Shown: positions 29,422-39,254, numbered from the stretch's first letter. The stretch: 64,000 nucleotides of DNA from Rikenella microfusus (GCA_020722575.1 DYKN01000004.1:37364-101363), one strand, 5' to 3'. Notes: a model not told the origin generated them from the letters alone. A program made the numbers and translations.

Positions 29422-30035
29422 TTACTTAATAAAGGTAAGTTAAGTATTTCTTCAAGTTTCTCTTTAAGTAATTCAGGTTTAACCAGATGGATGGATATTA
29501 TTCCAATTTTTCTTGCTGAATAAGCATTTTGTTCAGAATCATCAATAAATATACATTCTTCCGGTTTAAGGGAATATCTGGAAAGAAATAGTCGGAATAT
29601 TTTTTTGCTTGGTTTTGAAGCATTAAGCCTTGCTGATATTTCTCCACCATCAAATAAGTTAAAAAATTTGTATTTATTTCTTACTTCGTCAAAAATATCA
29701 TCAGGAAAATTTGAAAGAAAATATAACCTGTAGCCTCTTTTTTTAAGCTCAGGAAGAAGTTTTATATTTTGTTCAATAGGAGTTATTATTTTTAATCGTA
29801 AATCAAATACAGCTTTTATTTTGCTTTTAGAGAGGGATGATCTGGATGCAATTCTTTCAATAGCTTCCAACGTAGAGATATCTCCGTTGTCAATCATGAG
29901 CCATTCCTTGCTGTTGAAAATATCTCTTAGAATCAGTTCTTTTTCTTTGTCTGGAAAACCATTATTTTCAAGAAATTCAGTCGGTTTCCAGTTTATCAAA
30001 ACATTTCCCAGGTCGAATATAATTGAGGTTATCAT
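29418..30035 (-). CDS. HAD-superfamily hydrolase (subfamily IA-like)
   Basis: Motif I IIFDLGNVLI, motif II YFLSNF and motif III/IV KPSKK...IFIDDSEQN. Confidence 0.75.
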   Translation of the reverse strand: MITSIIFDLGNVLINWKPTEFLENNGFPDKEKELILRDIFNSKEWLMIDNGDISTLEAIERIASRSSLSKSKIKAVFDLRLKIITPIEQNIKLLPELKKRGYRLYFLSNFPDDIFDEVRNKYKFFNLFDGGEISARLNASKPSKKIFRLFLSRYSLKPEECIFIDDSEQNAYSARKIGIISIHLVKPELLKEKLEEILNLPLLSN

Positions 30036-31357
30036 GGATTTTTCATGGAAGATGGTTGTCCGGTTGCTTCAAGTACATGCCACCAGAGTTCACTGTTAAT
30101 ATCTATTTTTTTACGCTGGGAGGTAGCGAGTGGTATGGGTATTACTGTAAAGAAATCATTCCAGTATCCAATAACAAAATCTGTTTTTCCTGCCATAGCT
30201 GCATGTACGGCATTCTGGGCAAGAAGATTGCAAAATTTGCTATCATTTGGATTTGCAGGGGCACTTCTTATAATATAACTGGGATCAATATATCTTAATG
30301 TAAATGGGAACCCTTTATCTGTAAATTCTTCTATGATTTTTTCTTTCAAATATATTCCAATATCTTTAAGTTTTATATTACCTGAGGCATCTTTTACTAT
30401 GTCTTTAGTTTCAAATAAATCCTGACCGGCTCCTTCGGCAACCACAATGACTGCATGATGTTTTTCTTCAAGTCTTTTCCTCAGAATTTTAAGGAATCCT
30501 CTTTGTCCGTATAAGTCAAAAGGGAGTTCTGGAATTAGCACGAAATTAACCTCCTGAATGGAAAGAGCTGCATGAGCCGCAATAAAACCCGAATCACGTC
30601 CCATAACTTTTACAAGAGCAATACCGTTATATGCACCTGCGGCTTCATTATGTGCATTTCTGATAATATCATTAGCTATTGAGAATGCGGTTTCAAATCC
30701 GAATGATTTTTCAATAAAACTAATATCATTGTCAATGGTTTTCGGAACCCCTGCAACGGCAATTTTAAGATTTCTTCTTGATATTTCTTCATGGATGGCA
30801 TGAGCGCCTCTTAATGTTCCGTCTCCACCTATACAGAAAAGAATATTGATGTTGAGAATTTCAAGTGTATCAACAATCTGGCTAACATCCTGATGGCCGC
30901 GGGAAGTGCCAAGAAAACTACCGCCACTGAGATGAATGTTGCTAGTAACCTGTGGTGAAAGTTCTATAACAGGATGATTGTATTTTGCCACAAGGCCCTC
31001 ATATCCATATTTGATACCGAGAATTCTTGTAACACCATATCTATACCATAGCTCATATACAATACTTCTTATTACGTTGTTCAATCCCGGACATAAACCT
31101 CCACAGGTAACTATAGCAACTTTCGTCTTTGCTGGCTCGAAGAAAATATCTTCGTGAGGGCCTGCTTTTTCAAATGAAAGTGGAGTTTCGCCGGTCTGAA
31201 GGCAACGGTTAAAATTTTCCAAAGAAACATCATAAATTATTCTTTCCCCCTCTTCGACAAAACGGTATAATAAACTATAATTTTTAATCGTTTTTACAAG
31301 GGGAGTTTTTATATTAGGCCTTCCAAGTGTCTTGACTATAAAATCCTCATGTACCAT
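30032..31357 (-). CDS. pfkA: 6-phosphofructokinase, long (~440 aa) clade, probably ATP-dependent
   Basis: CGGLCPGLNNVIR, GGDGTLRGA (Gly at the E. coli G104 position), PKTIDNDI (Lys at the G124 position) and MGRDSGFIA. Confidence 0.85.
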   Translation of the reverse strand: MVHEDFIVKTLGRPNIKTPLVKTIKNYSLLYRFVEEGERIIYDVSLENFNRCLQTGETPLSFEKAGPHEDIFFEPAKTKVAIVTCGGLCPGLNNVIRSIVYELWYRYGVTRILGIKYGYEGLVAKYNHPVIELSPQVTSNIHLSGGSFLGTSRGHQDVSQIVDTLEILNINILFCIGGDGTLRGAHAIHEEISRRNLKIAVAGVPKTIDNDISFIEKSFGFETAFSIANDIIRNAHNEAAGAYNGIALVKVMGRDSGFIAAHAALSIQEVNFVLIPELPFDLYGQRGFLKILRKRLEEKHHAVIVVAEGAGQDLFETKDIVKDASGNIKLKDIGIYLKEKIIEEFTDKGFPFTLRYIDPSYIIRSAPANPNDSKFCNLLAQNAVHAAMAGKTDFVIGYWNDFFTVIPIPLATSQRKKIDINSELWWHVLEATGQPSSMKNP

Positions 31358-31417
31358 AATAATCTAGTTTGTTCAGGGTAATTAAATTTCATGAATCAGG
31401 TTTACTTATAAAGCTTT

Positions 31418-31425
31418 CAAAACTA
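31418..31425 (-). promoter_or_regulatory. Candidate -7 box (TAGTTTTG on the minus strand) for the 441-aa PFK gene
   Basis: The plus strand reads CAAAACTA. It lies 61 nt upstream of the start at 31357. Confidence 0.3.
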
Positions 31426-31771
31426 AATAAAATTATCATTATTATCTTAAGAAATTTAAATGTTATAAGTTTAAATTTTGATAACATTTTCCTTAAAGGT
31501 TTCTATACTTTTGCTTCTGAACTTTTAATCCCAGCTTTTAGCGCCTTTTATGTCCAGATCAAGCTCTTGAGGGCTTAATATTTAAATCTAATTAAGTTCC
31601 TTTTTCAGTCGATATGGGCAAATTAATGCCGAGAATTTAATACCTTTTCTGAAATTATATATTTTATTTCCTCTTATTGTAATTATACGAATTCATCATG
31701 TTTTATTTCATCTCCACTGCATAAATATACTTTATGGCAAAAATATGAAACAGATAAGAGTTGCATGAATC

Positions 31772-32671
31772 TTAATAAGCTCCTCTAATCCTGGTTTGGA
31801 TTGCATAAATTCCAGTAGAGGCTGTAATAAATAGCATTTTTCGGTCTTTACCTCCAAAGCAAACATTAGCTGTCCATTTTTCCGGTACAGGAATATTAAT
31901 AATTTTGTTGCCTTTTTTATCGAATACTGTTACTCCTTTTCCTGTAAGATAAACATTTCCTGATTTATCAATGGTCATTCCGTCTGAACCCATTTCGCAG
32001 AAAAGTTTTTTTTCTGAAACAGTACCTTCAGGATTTATTTTATATGACCATGTTTTTCCCTCTCCGATATCTGCCACATAAAGTGTTTTACCGTCGGGGG
32101 TACCTATTATACCGTTAGGTTGAACGAGGTCATCAATTATTCTGATAAGTTTTTTATGGTCGGGTGATAGATAATATACACATTGTTTGTCCTGTGGTTT
32201 TTCGGTATGTGTCCACCAGTTTCTTTTATAAAAAGGATCCGTAAAATAAACTCCGCCATTGGGATCTATCCATAGATCATTTGGTCCATTAAACGGTTTT
32301 TCGTTAAAAAATCCGGTAACAATTTCAATTTTTTTATCAGGGGATATCATCCACAATTCATTTTTTTCATCGGCACATGCCCATAAGTTACCTTTATTGT
32401 CGAAAAAGAGGCCGTTTGATCTTCCTGAAGGTTGAAGAAAAGTCTCTAGTTTACCATCCACGGTCCAGATCATTATGCGATCGTTTGGCTGGTCGGTAAA
32501 GTAAACATTGCCCGATTTATCCGCAGCAGGGCCTTCAGTAAAACCAAAATTACCTGCAAGTTTTAGTAATTCGGCACCTTCTGCAATAATTCTATTATTA
32601 CCATTTTTTTGTGCTGATCCTACAAGCACAGAGGATAAAAATAAAATAAAAATATTGATAAGTGTTTTCAT
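31772..32671 (-). CDS. Secreted SMP-30/gluconolactonase/LRE-like beta-propeller
   Basis: Sec-type signal MKTLINIFILFLSSVLVGSAQ. Repeated propeller-blade segments GPNDLWIDPNGGVYFTDP, PNGIIGTPDGKTLYVADI and DGMTIDKSGNVYL. Confidence 0.75.
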   Translation of the reverse strand: MKTLINIFILFLSSVLVGSAQKNGNNRIIAEGAELLKLAGNFGFTEGPAADKSGNVYFTDQPNDRIMIWTVDGKLETFLQPSGRSNGLFFDNKGNLWACADEKNELWMISPDKKIEIVTGFFNEKPFNGPNDLWIDPNGGVYFTDPFYKRNWWTHTEKPQDKQCVYYLSPDHKKLIRIIDDLVQPNGIIGTPDGKTLYVADIGEGKTWSYKINPEGTVSEKKLFCEMGSDGMTIDKSGNVYLTGKGVTVFDKKGNKIINIPVPEKWTANVCFGGKDRKMLFITASTGIYAIQTRIRGAY

Positions 32672-32679
32672 AGAAAAAT

Positions 32680-33588
32680 TCAGATAATAGTATTTTTCAT
32701 TCTCTGCATATAATCGTCTATTTGTTCGGGTTTCTCAAAGCCAACTATTATCATATCAACAGTTCTGAGACCAAGAACATATTTTATTGAAGCATTAATT
32801 TTTTCGGGATCGTTTCTAAAACTGCCGTTACCTATAAGTTTCATTCCGATAACACCTTTTCCTGTATCATGCAGCTTTTTTATCACGGGAATAATTTCTT
32901 CGGGATTTTTCTTATCCATGCTTTCGCCAAATGGGTTAATTCTGACATGAATTACATCAACCCATGGGCTTTCTGCAGCCGCATTCAGAGCCTCGAAAGA
33001 ATGTACTGATACACCGTGTGCCCTTATAATTTTCTTTGCTTTAAGTTTTTCAAGGCCATCCATAGATCTTCTTTGATCATCGGTCCATGTACCGCTTGTC
33101 ATGCAATGCAATTGAACAATGTCAATATAATCGGTGTTCAGTTCCTTTCTGAATCTGTCAACAACAATTTCAACATCAGGCCTTTCAGGTTCCGGGATAC
33201 CACCACGGAGTACCCAAATTTTTGTTGAAATTACATATGATTCCCGGGGATATGATTTAAGAGCATCTTTTGTATAAGGATGAGTTCCGTAACTATCGGC
33301 ACAGTCGAAAAAACGAATGCCTTTTTCATATGCAGTTTTGATTAGAAATTCTGCGACACCTGCTCTTGTAATATTGGATGAGCGGTTATATCCACTATAT
33401 CCGGTGCCCATGCCAAGCAATGTTGTTTTGATACCTGTTTTGCCAAGAGTAACTACCCGTAGTGGATCAATTAATTGGGCTTCTGTCGATGGAGTAGACA
33501 GTAGAAGTTCATGGCTGAAAACCAGGGACCCTGCTCCTGCTGATGCCATGGCAAAAAATCTTCTCCTGGAAAGTATTTTGTGCTTCAT
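32680..33588 (-). CDS. Aldo/keto reductase with twin-arginine (Tat) signal
   Basis: N-terminus MKHKILSRRRFFAMASAGAGSLVFS matches S/T-R-R-x-F-L-K. AKR catalytic positions are in FFDCADSYG (Asp, Tyr), ISTKIW (Lys) and VQLHC (His). Confidence 0.8.
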   Translation of the reverse strand: MKHKILSRRRFFAMASAGAGSLVFSHELLLSTPSTEAQLIDPLRVVTLGKTGIKTTLLGMGTGYSGYNRSSNITRAGVAEFLIKTAYEKGIRFFDCADSYGTHPYTKDALKSYPRESYVISTKIWVLRGGIPEPERPDVEIVVDRFRKELNTDYIDIVQLHCMTSGTWTDDQRRSMDGLEKLKAKKIIRAHGVSVHSFEALNAAAESPWVDVIHVRINPFGESMDKKNPEEIIPVIKKLHDTGKGVIGMKLIGNGSFRNDPEKINASIKYVLGLRTVDMIIVGFEKPEQIDDYMQRMKNTII

Positions 33589-33647
33589 GATATTATATTT
33601 TGGTCAATCAGTTAAATATAATGAAAAATTTAATAACTCAATTACAT

Positions 33648-35837
33648 TTATCGGTCGTTTAATACAAGTACTTTTATATTGGTGGGATACTTTGAATCGT
33701 GGTATATTCTATGCGTGGCTTTTTGAAAGTCTTCCTCTCCGCATTTGTAAATATTAACAAATTTTTGAGGATTCCGGTCAACCAGTGGAAACCAGGAATT
33801 TTGAATCTGTATCATTATTTTGTGTCCTTTTTTGAAGGTATGAGCAATATCGGGAAGAGAATATTTTATTTCTGTAATTTTTTCAGGAACAAAAGGTTCA
33901 GGTTTCTCAAAACTGTTTCTGTATCTTCCTCTGAATACTTCACCTCTTACAAGCATCTGATACCCACCAAGTGGGACTTTAATATCTTTGTCTTCTGGAT
34001 TTTCAAGGTCGTGTGGTAAAACATCAATAAGTTTTACAATATAATCTGCATCTGTGCCGGTTGTAGAAACGAAAAGGGTAGCAACAATAGGGCCGGTGAA
34101 TGTAATATCTTCCTGAAGCACATCGGTCTGGTAAACCATTACATCTGGTCTGCGTGCTGCAAAACGCTGGTCATCAGTCATATATTCAGCCGTTCTTCTT
34201 GTATGAACGTCAGCTGTGTATGGAACAGGTTTCATGGGATCGGAAACATATTCGTCATAACTGATTTTAGAAGAAGGTATTGTATATGAAAGTCTTCCTC
34301 CCGACTGAAGGTACAAAGTTTTTTCAGTGACATTAACGGGTGGCCATTTATCAAATTCTTTCCAGGTATTTGAACCGGTTACAAATATTGTAGCTTCCGG
34401 GAATTTTCCGTCTCCTTTACCCGTAAGATGATAATCAAAAAATCGTTTTTCAAGGTCAATATATTTTTCATTTGCGTCAATTCCCCAGTAAATGTTTCCA
34501 AGGTTTTCAGCTTTACCAAAAGCCCACTGACCATGAGACCAGGGACCCATTACAAAAATATTGGTATGAGTACTGGGATTTTGTTCTTCAATAGCTTTGT
34601 ATGTATGAATTGCCCCGTATAAGTCTTCAGCATCAAACCATCCTCCAACAGTCATAACAGCAGGAGTTATATCTTTAAGATGCTGACGGGGATCACGGGT
34701 TTTCCAGAAATCATCATAATCGGGATGGGAAAATGCATTATTCCAGAATTTTACACTATCGCCAAAGTATTTTGGAGAAATATTTTTAATTGGACCAAGG
34801 GAAAGGAAGAATTCATAATTATCGGTTACAGGCCATTTGAAAGAGGGGAAACCTCTCCGGGAAGGTTCCCGGTGCTGGTGACCGTTACTGTAAAAGAAGC
34901 TGAAGCAATCGAGTAGAAAAAATGCACCGTTGTGGTGAAAATCATCACCGATAAACCACGCGGTTACAGGTGCCTGTGGAGATACAGCTTTTACAGCAGG
35001 ATGAGCGTTTATTGCGCCCATGGTGGAATAAAAGCCAGGATATGAAATTCCGAATATCCCAACACAGCCATTATTACCAGCCACGTTATTTATCAACCAT
35101 TCTACTGTATCCCATGTATCGGTTGTCTCATCAGTATCATTATTGCCTTTTTTCTCGATAATAACCGGTCTTATATCTTCAAAAGTGCCTTCACTCATAA
35201 ATTTTCCCCTTACATCTTGAAAAACCATTATATATTCTGCTTCGGCATATCTTGAATATACCTGCATGAAAAAATTAAAAGCATTAGGGCCTCCAGGTTC
35301 AATGTTATAGGGAGTTCGATTCAAAAGGATGGGATGTTTTACAGATTTATTTTTCGGCGTGTAAATGGAAGTAAAGAGCCTTATATCATCGCGCATCGGA
35401 ATATATACTTCTTTTTTTTCGTATTTTTCTTTCAGAGCCTGAGGGCTACCAGGAGGGGCCGGTAGCGATTTACGCGTAAAAGTCATGGTATAATGCTGGT
35501 TTCCCTGGGAAAGAATGCCTTCAATTGATGAATAATCGGCATTCACTTTACCTGAAAAACTTAAACCTGCACCTGCATGAGTAAAAGTAAAATCAGGATA
35601 AACAAAAGTTGTTGAGGTTGAAGGAATTCCCATTGCTCCCTGATCCGGGCTATCCCAGGTGGATGTATAGCCTTCGGTGGTTTGTTCAATATGAAGGTTA
35701 ATACGCAAGGTTATTCCCTGAATGCTTATTGAGCTATACCAATCACCTGTAATTGACTGGGCTGATACTGTAAAAGTTAAAAGAAAGCCCGTAATTATTG
35801 TCAATAATTTAAATCGCAAAATTTTAAGTGGATTCAT
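33648..35837 (-). CDS. CocE/NonD-family (X-Pro dipeptidyl-peptidase S15-like) hydrolase, secreted
   Basis: The internal ATG (complement of 35835-35837) gives MNPLKILRFKLLTIITGFLLTFTVSAQS. Nucleophile elbow GISYPGFYS. An extra N-terminal domain of about 130 aa and a C-terminal beta-sandwich are present. Confidence 0.8.
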   Translation of the reverse strand: MNPLKILRFKLLTIITGFLLTFTVSAQSITGDWYSSISIQGITLRINLHIEQTTEGYTSTWDSPDQGAMGIPSTSTTFVYPDFTFTHAGAGLSFSGKVNADYSSIEGILSQGNQHYTMTFTRKSLPAPPGSPQALKEKYEKKEVYIPMRDDIRLFTSIYTPKNKSVKHPILLNRTPYNIEPGGPNAFNFFMQVYSRYAEAEYIMVFQDVRGKFMSEGTFEDIRPVIIEKKGNNDTDETTDTWDTVEWLINNVAGNNGCVGIFGISYPGFYSTMGAINAHPAVKAVSPQAPVTAWFIGDDFHHNGAFFLLDCFSFFYSNGHQHREPSRRGFPSFKWPVTDNYEFFLSLGPIKNISPKYFGDSVKFWNNAFSHPDYDDFWKTRDPRQHLKDITPAVMTVGGWFDAEDLYGAIHTYKAIEEQNPSTHTNIFVMGPWSHGQWAFGKAENLGNIYWGIDANEKYIDLEKRFFDYHLTGKGDGKFPEATIFVTGSNTWKEFDKWPPVNVTEKTLYLQSGGRLSYTIPSSKISYDEYVSDPMKPVPYTADVHTRRTAEYMTDDQRFAARRPDVMVYQTDVLQEDITFTGPIVATLFVSTTGTDADYIVKLIDVLPHDLENPEDKDIKVPLGGYQMLVRGEVFRGRYRNSFEKPEPFVPEKITEIKYSLPDIAHTFKKGHKIMIQIQNSWFPLVDRNPQKFVNIYKCGEEDFQKATHRIYHDSKYPTNIKVLVLNDR

Positions 35838-35932
35838 GTTTAAAGATTTTTTTTGATTTACTGGATTAGAGACTGGAATTGAAATTATTTGATGCAAATT
35901 TTTCAAGGTATTCACAGATAAAAAATAATATT

Positions 35933-36337
35933 TTACAAACAGAGCTTTTTTAAAATGTCATCTGGAGATACCGGACGGCCGTTTCGGGTAGCGGCACCTG
36001 TTATAACTGCATGTACAACATGTTTGTAATCTGGCTGGCGAAAAATATCCTGTTCAAATAAGATTCGCACATTTCCATGTTTTTTGACATTCAGACAAAC
36101 TTTGAATAAATCCCTGCTTCTGAGAGGGTATTTATAATCTATTTCAACTCTTACAACAATTAGGTCAAGTCCCTCTTTATGGAGATCAGAAAAACTTATC
36201 CCCCTGGAAACAAGAAATTCATGTCTGGCGTGCTCAAGATAATGCTGGAAGTTGGCATTGTTTACAATCCCTTGCAGATCGCACTCATAATCACGTACCT
36301 TGAAATCCAGGCAAAATATGTAATTGCTTTGATGCAT
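35933..36337 (-). CDS. Acyl-CoA thioesterase, 4HBT/YbgC-like hotdog fold
   Basis: 134 aa with VRDYECDLQGIVNNANFQHYLEHARHEFL, typical of YbgC-type thioesterases. Confidence 0.75.
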   Translation of the reverse strand: MHQSNYIFCLDFKVRDYECDLQGIVNNANFQHYLEHARHEFLVSRGISFSDLHKEGLDLIVVRVEIDYKYPLRSRDLFKVCLNVKKHGNVRILFEQDIFRQPDYKHVVHAVITGAATRNGRPVSPDDILKKLCL

Positions 36338-36409
36338 AAATTCAATATTTATTAATAATACTCCTGGTTAGTATTTTCAAATTATCTTTAACCATTCAAT
36401 TTAGTTTAT

Positions 36410-36859
36410 TTATTTAGGATAATTTCCGAAAAGCTTTTTCAGAAATCTGTGAAATTTATGGATACTGTGAGGCTTATAGAACATAAGCACACATTCGCCT
36501 GTTATAAGGTTAACATTCTTACCTTCAAGTAATTTCAAAGCCTGTTTGGTTTCTGACATTTGCTGTATCCAGATATTTTGAATTCCTTTGTTAAGAGCTT
36601 CTTTAACAGCAGCTTCAGTATTTTTCTTATTTGTGAGCACTATAAGTGAATTTACTTCCTGTGGAAGGTCTGAAATACTTTTAAAAACCTTAGTACCATA
36701 AATTTCATCAGCATGCGGGTTTATGGGTATTATATTTAGACCTTTATCCTTTAATTCTTTGAATGCTATATATCCAAATTTCTTCTGATTTCTTGAAACG
36801 CCGGCTATTGCTACCAGTTCAGACTCCAGAAAATCTGTAATTTGTTTAAGTTTAATCAT
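36410..36859 (-). CDS. CoA-binding domain protein (YccU/YneT-like)
   Basis: 149 aa with the Rossmann-like VAIAGVSRNQKKFGYIAFKEL and IPINP segments. Confidence 0.65.
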   Translation of the reverse strand: MIKLKQITDFLESELVAIAGVSRNQKKFGYIAFKELKDKGLNIIPINPHADEIYGTKVFKSISDLPQEVNSLIVLTNKKNTEAAVKEALNKGIQNIWIQQMSETKQALKLLEGKNVNLITGECVLMFYKPHSIHKFHRFLKKLFGNYPK

Positions 36860-37049
36860 ATTATCTGATGATTTAAGAAATAAGCATTAATATGTAAAAT
36901 TATCATAAAATATTAATATGCAGATTTTTTTTTCTTACTTGTGCGAAAAATTATAACCATCAGATTTCATAAATAAAAATTTAAATGGAATACTTTTTAA
37001 AACTGAAAATTAGTAAAGGGTTAAATTGTAGGTTTAAATTATTGGTAAT

Positions 37050-38216
37050 ATGAATTATAAGATACTTTTGATGTTATTTTTCTTTCTGGCCACTCCTGTT
37101 TTAGTTATTTATTTTGAGAGAAAATATCGGATTGTAAGGAAAGTAGGAGGAGTTCTTCTTTGCTATATACTGGGAGCAATTGCAGGGAATACAGGTCTTC
37201 TTCCTGAAGGTTCTGAAGTATATCAAAATTTGCTTTCCAACCTTACAGTACCACTTGCACTTCCTCTGATTCTATTCTCAATGGATGTCAGAAAATGGTT
37301 AAAACTGGCCGGCCCAACTATCAGTTCACTTCTTCTGGGTCTTTTCACAGTTGTAGTTTCAATTATTATAGGATACTGGATATTCAAGGATTCACTTACT
37401 GATCCATGGAAGGTTGCTGGTATGCTTACAGCTGTCTATACTGGTGGCACTCCAAACATGGCAGCAATGAAAACAGCACTTGATGTGAATAACGAATTAT
37501 ATTTGATGACACATACTTATGAAGTGGCACTGGGAGCTTTATATCTGGCTTTTATTTTATCTATCGGGCAAAAGGTTTTTCTTCTATGGCTTCCTCCTTT
37601 CAGGAACCCAGAAACAGGAAAGGCTGTAAATGATAACAATAATAACAATACTGGTATTGAGGATGAATATGAGTCATATTCAGGCTATTTCAGGAAAGAA
37701 ACATTTTTGCCGGTAATGATGGGTTTTGGTCTATCAGTATTGATATTCGCTGTTAGTTTTGGTATTGGCAAATTCGTTCCTGAAGAGTTTTCAACAGCAA
37801 CAATTATACTGTTGATTTCAACATTTGGAATTGCAGCTTCATTTGTGCCGAAAATTAAGAATATTAAAAAGACTTTTCAGACCGGAATGTATTTTATTCT
37901 TATTTTTTCACTTGTTGTTTCTTCAATGGCCGATATAAGAAAGCTTGTGAATATTTCATTTGATCTGTTCTGGTATGTTGGGCTTGCAATGTTCGGCTCA
38001 CATTTGTTACATGCTTTTCTGGCAAAGTTTTTTAAAATTGATACCGATACAGTAATAATATCAGGGAGTGCTCTTATATGTTCACCTCCATTTGTACCTC
38101 TTGTTGCAGGAGCACTTAAAAACCGAGATGTTATTTTAACCGGACTTATAGTTGGCATTACAGGCTATGCAGTTGGGAATTACCTTGGTGTTTTAATTGC
38201 TTACATCCTAAGATAG
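37050..38216 (+). CDS. Integral membrane protein, probably DUF819 family
   Basis: 388 aa with about 10-12 hydrophobic helices and a central N-rich loop (NDNNNNNTG). Family recalled from memory only. Confidence 0.45.
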   Translation: MNYKILLMLFFFLATPVLVIYFERKYRIVRKVGGVLLCYILGAIAGNTGLLPEGSEVYQNLLSNLTVPLALPLILFSMDVRKWLKLAGPTISSLLLGLFTVVVSIIIGYWIFKDSLTDPWKVAGMLTAVYTGGTPNMAAMKTALDVNNELYLMTHTYEVALGALYLAFILSIGQKVFLLWLPPFRNPETGKAVNDNNNNNTGIEDEYESYSGYFRKETFLPVMMGFGLSVLIFAVSFGIGKFVPEEFSTATIILLISTFGIAASFVPKIKNIKKTFQTGMYFILIFSLVVSSMADIRKLVNISFDLFWYVGLAMFGSHLLHAFLAKFFKIDTDTVIISGSALICSPPFVPLVAGALKNRDVILTGLIVGITGYAVGNYLGVLIAYILR

Positions 38217-38279
38217 TTTTGATTTTTTAGGAAGGATGTATTAACAGTTATGTTATTTTGGGGACATACCTGGTTAATT

Positions 38280-39254
38280 TCAGCTGCTTCTTGAGGTTGT
38301 GTAATAAATGAATTCTTTCATTGAGTTTTTAATTTCGGATTCAGGGTAGGTGTCAATAATTGCGAGGGCCCTGTCTCGATATTGATTCATTTTAATTACT
38401 GCGTAATCAATTCCTCCATTTTCTTCTACAAATTTGATTACTTCATTGGTTTCATGCCTGCTTTTTCTTTTCTTCCCGACGATAGAAAGAATATGTTTTC
38501 TTTCGCTCCATGATGTTTTTTCAAGGACATAAATAAGAGGAAGGGTTATTTTACGTTCTTTGATATCATTTCCAGGAGCTTTGCCTGTTAAACCATTTCT
38601 TTCATAGTCAAGAATATCATCCCGTATCTGAAAAGCAATACCTATATTTTCTCCCAGTTCTTTCATTAACTGGACAATATCATTATCCTTTGTAACAGAT
38701 ATTGCACCACATGCTGTGCAGGCTGATAGTAATGCTGCAGTTTTTGACCGGATGATTTTGAAATAGTCTTCCTCTTTTATATTAAGTTTCCTTGCTTTCT
38801 GTAATTGCAGTAGCTCGCCTTTTGCCATTGATTTTACAGCTTCTGAAACAATTTCAAGCATATCATAACAATTTTTCTCTATACTCACAAGCAAACCAGT
38901 AGCCAGCATATAATCTCCGACAAGAACTGCAATTTTAGAGTTCCATAACGCATTAACAGATAATGCTCCCCTTCTCTCTCTTGCATCATCAACAACATCA
39001 TCATGAACCAGTGAAGCTGTATGAAGCAATTCTATCAGAGTTGCTGCAACATACGCAGATTCAGTTATTTCTCCGTTAAGTTTGGCTGAAAGAAATACAA
39101 GAAGAGGTCTCATCTGTTTTCCTTTCCTGCGGAAAATATAATTTAGAATAATTTTGAGCAGCGGTACTTCACTTTTAAAGGAGCTGTTGAAGAAGGATTC
39201 AAATTCAGCCATCTCCTTTTCAACGGGCTTTCTGATATCTGTAAGTGATGCCAT
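38280..39254 (-). CDS. ispB: Long-chain polyprenyl diphosphate synthase (octaprenyl/solanesyl type)
   Basis: First Asp-rich motif LVHDDVVDDARERRG and second motif FQIRDDILD. I prefer the ATG at 39254 because a TAAGTTTG -7 box (39275-39282) lies only 3 nt upstream of the ATG at 39272. Confidence 0.85.
   Translation of the reverse strand: MASLTDIRKPVEKEMAEFESFFNSSFKSEVPLLKIILNYIFRRKGKQMRPLLVFLSAKLNGEITESAYVAATLIELLHTASLVHDDVVDDARERRGALSVNALWNSKIAVLVGDYMLATGLLVSIEKNCYDMLEIVSEAVKSMAKGELLQLQKARKLNIKEEDYFKIIRSKTAALLSACTACGAISVTKDNDIVQLMKELGENIGIAFQIRDDILDYERNGLTGKAPGNDIKERKITLPLIYVLEKTSWSERKHILSIVGKKRKSRHETNEVIKFVEENGGIDYAVIKMNQYRDRALAIIDTYPESEIKNSMKEFIYYTTSRSS

Noticed and set aside
31369-31578. 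69-aa plus-strand ORF in the gap upstream of the PFK gene
   Set aside because: It starts with TTG, has hydrophobic low-complexity composition, no motif, and no downstream gene partner on that strand.
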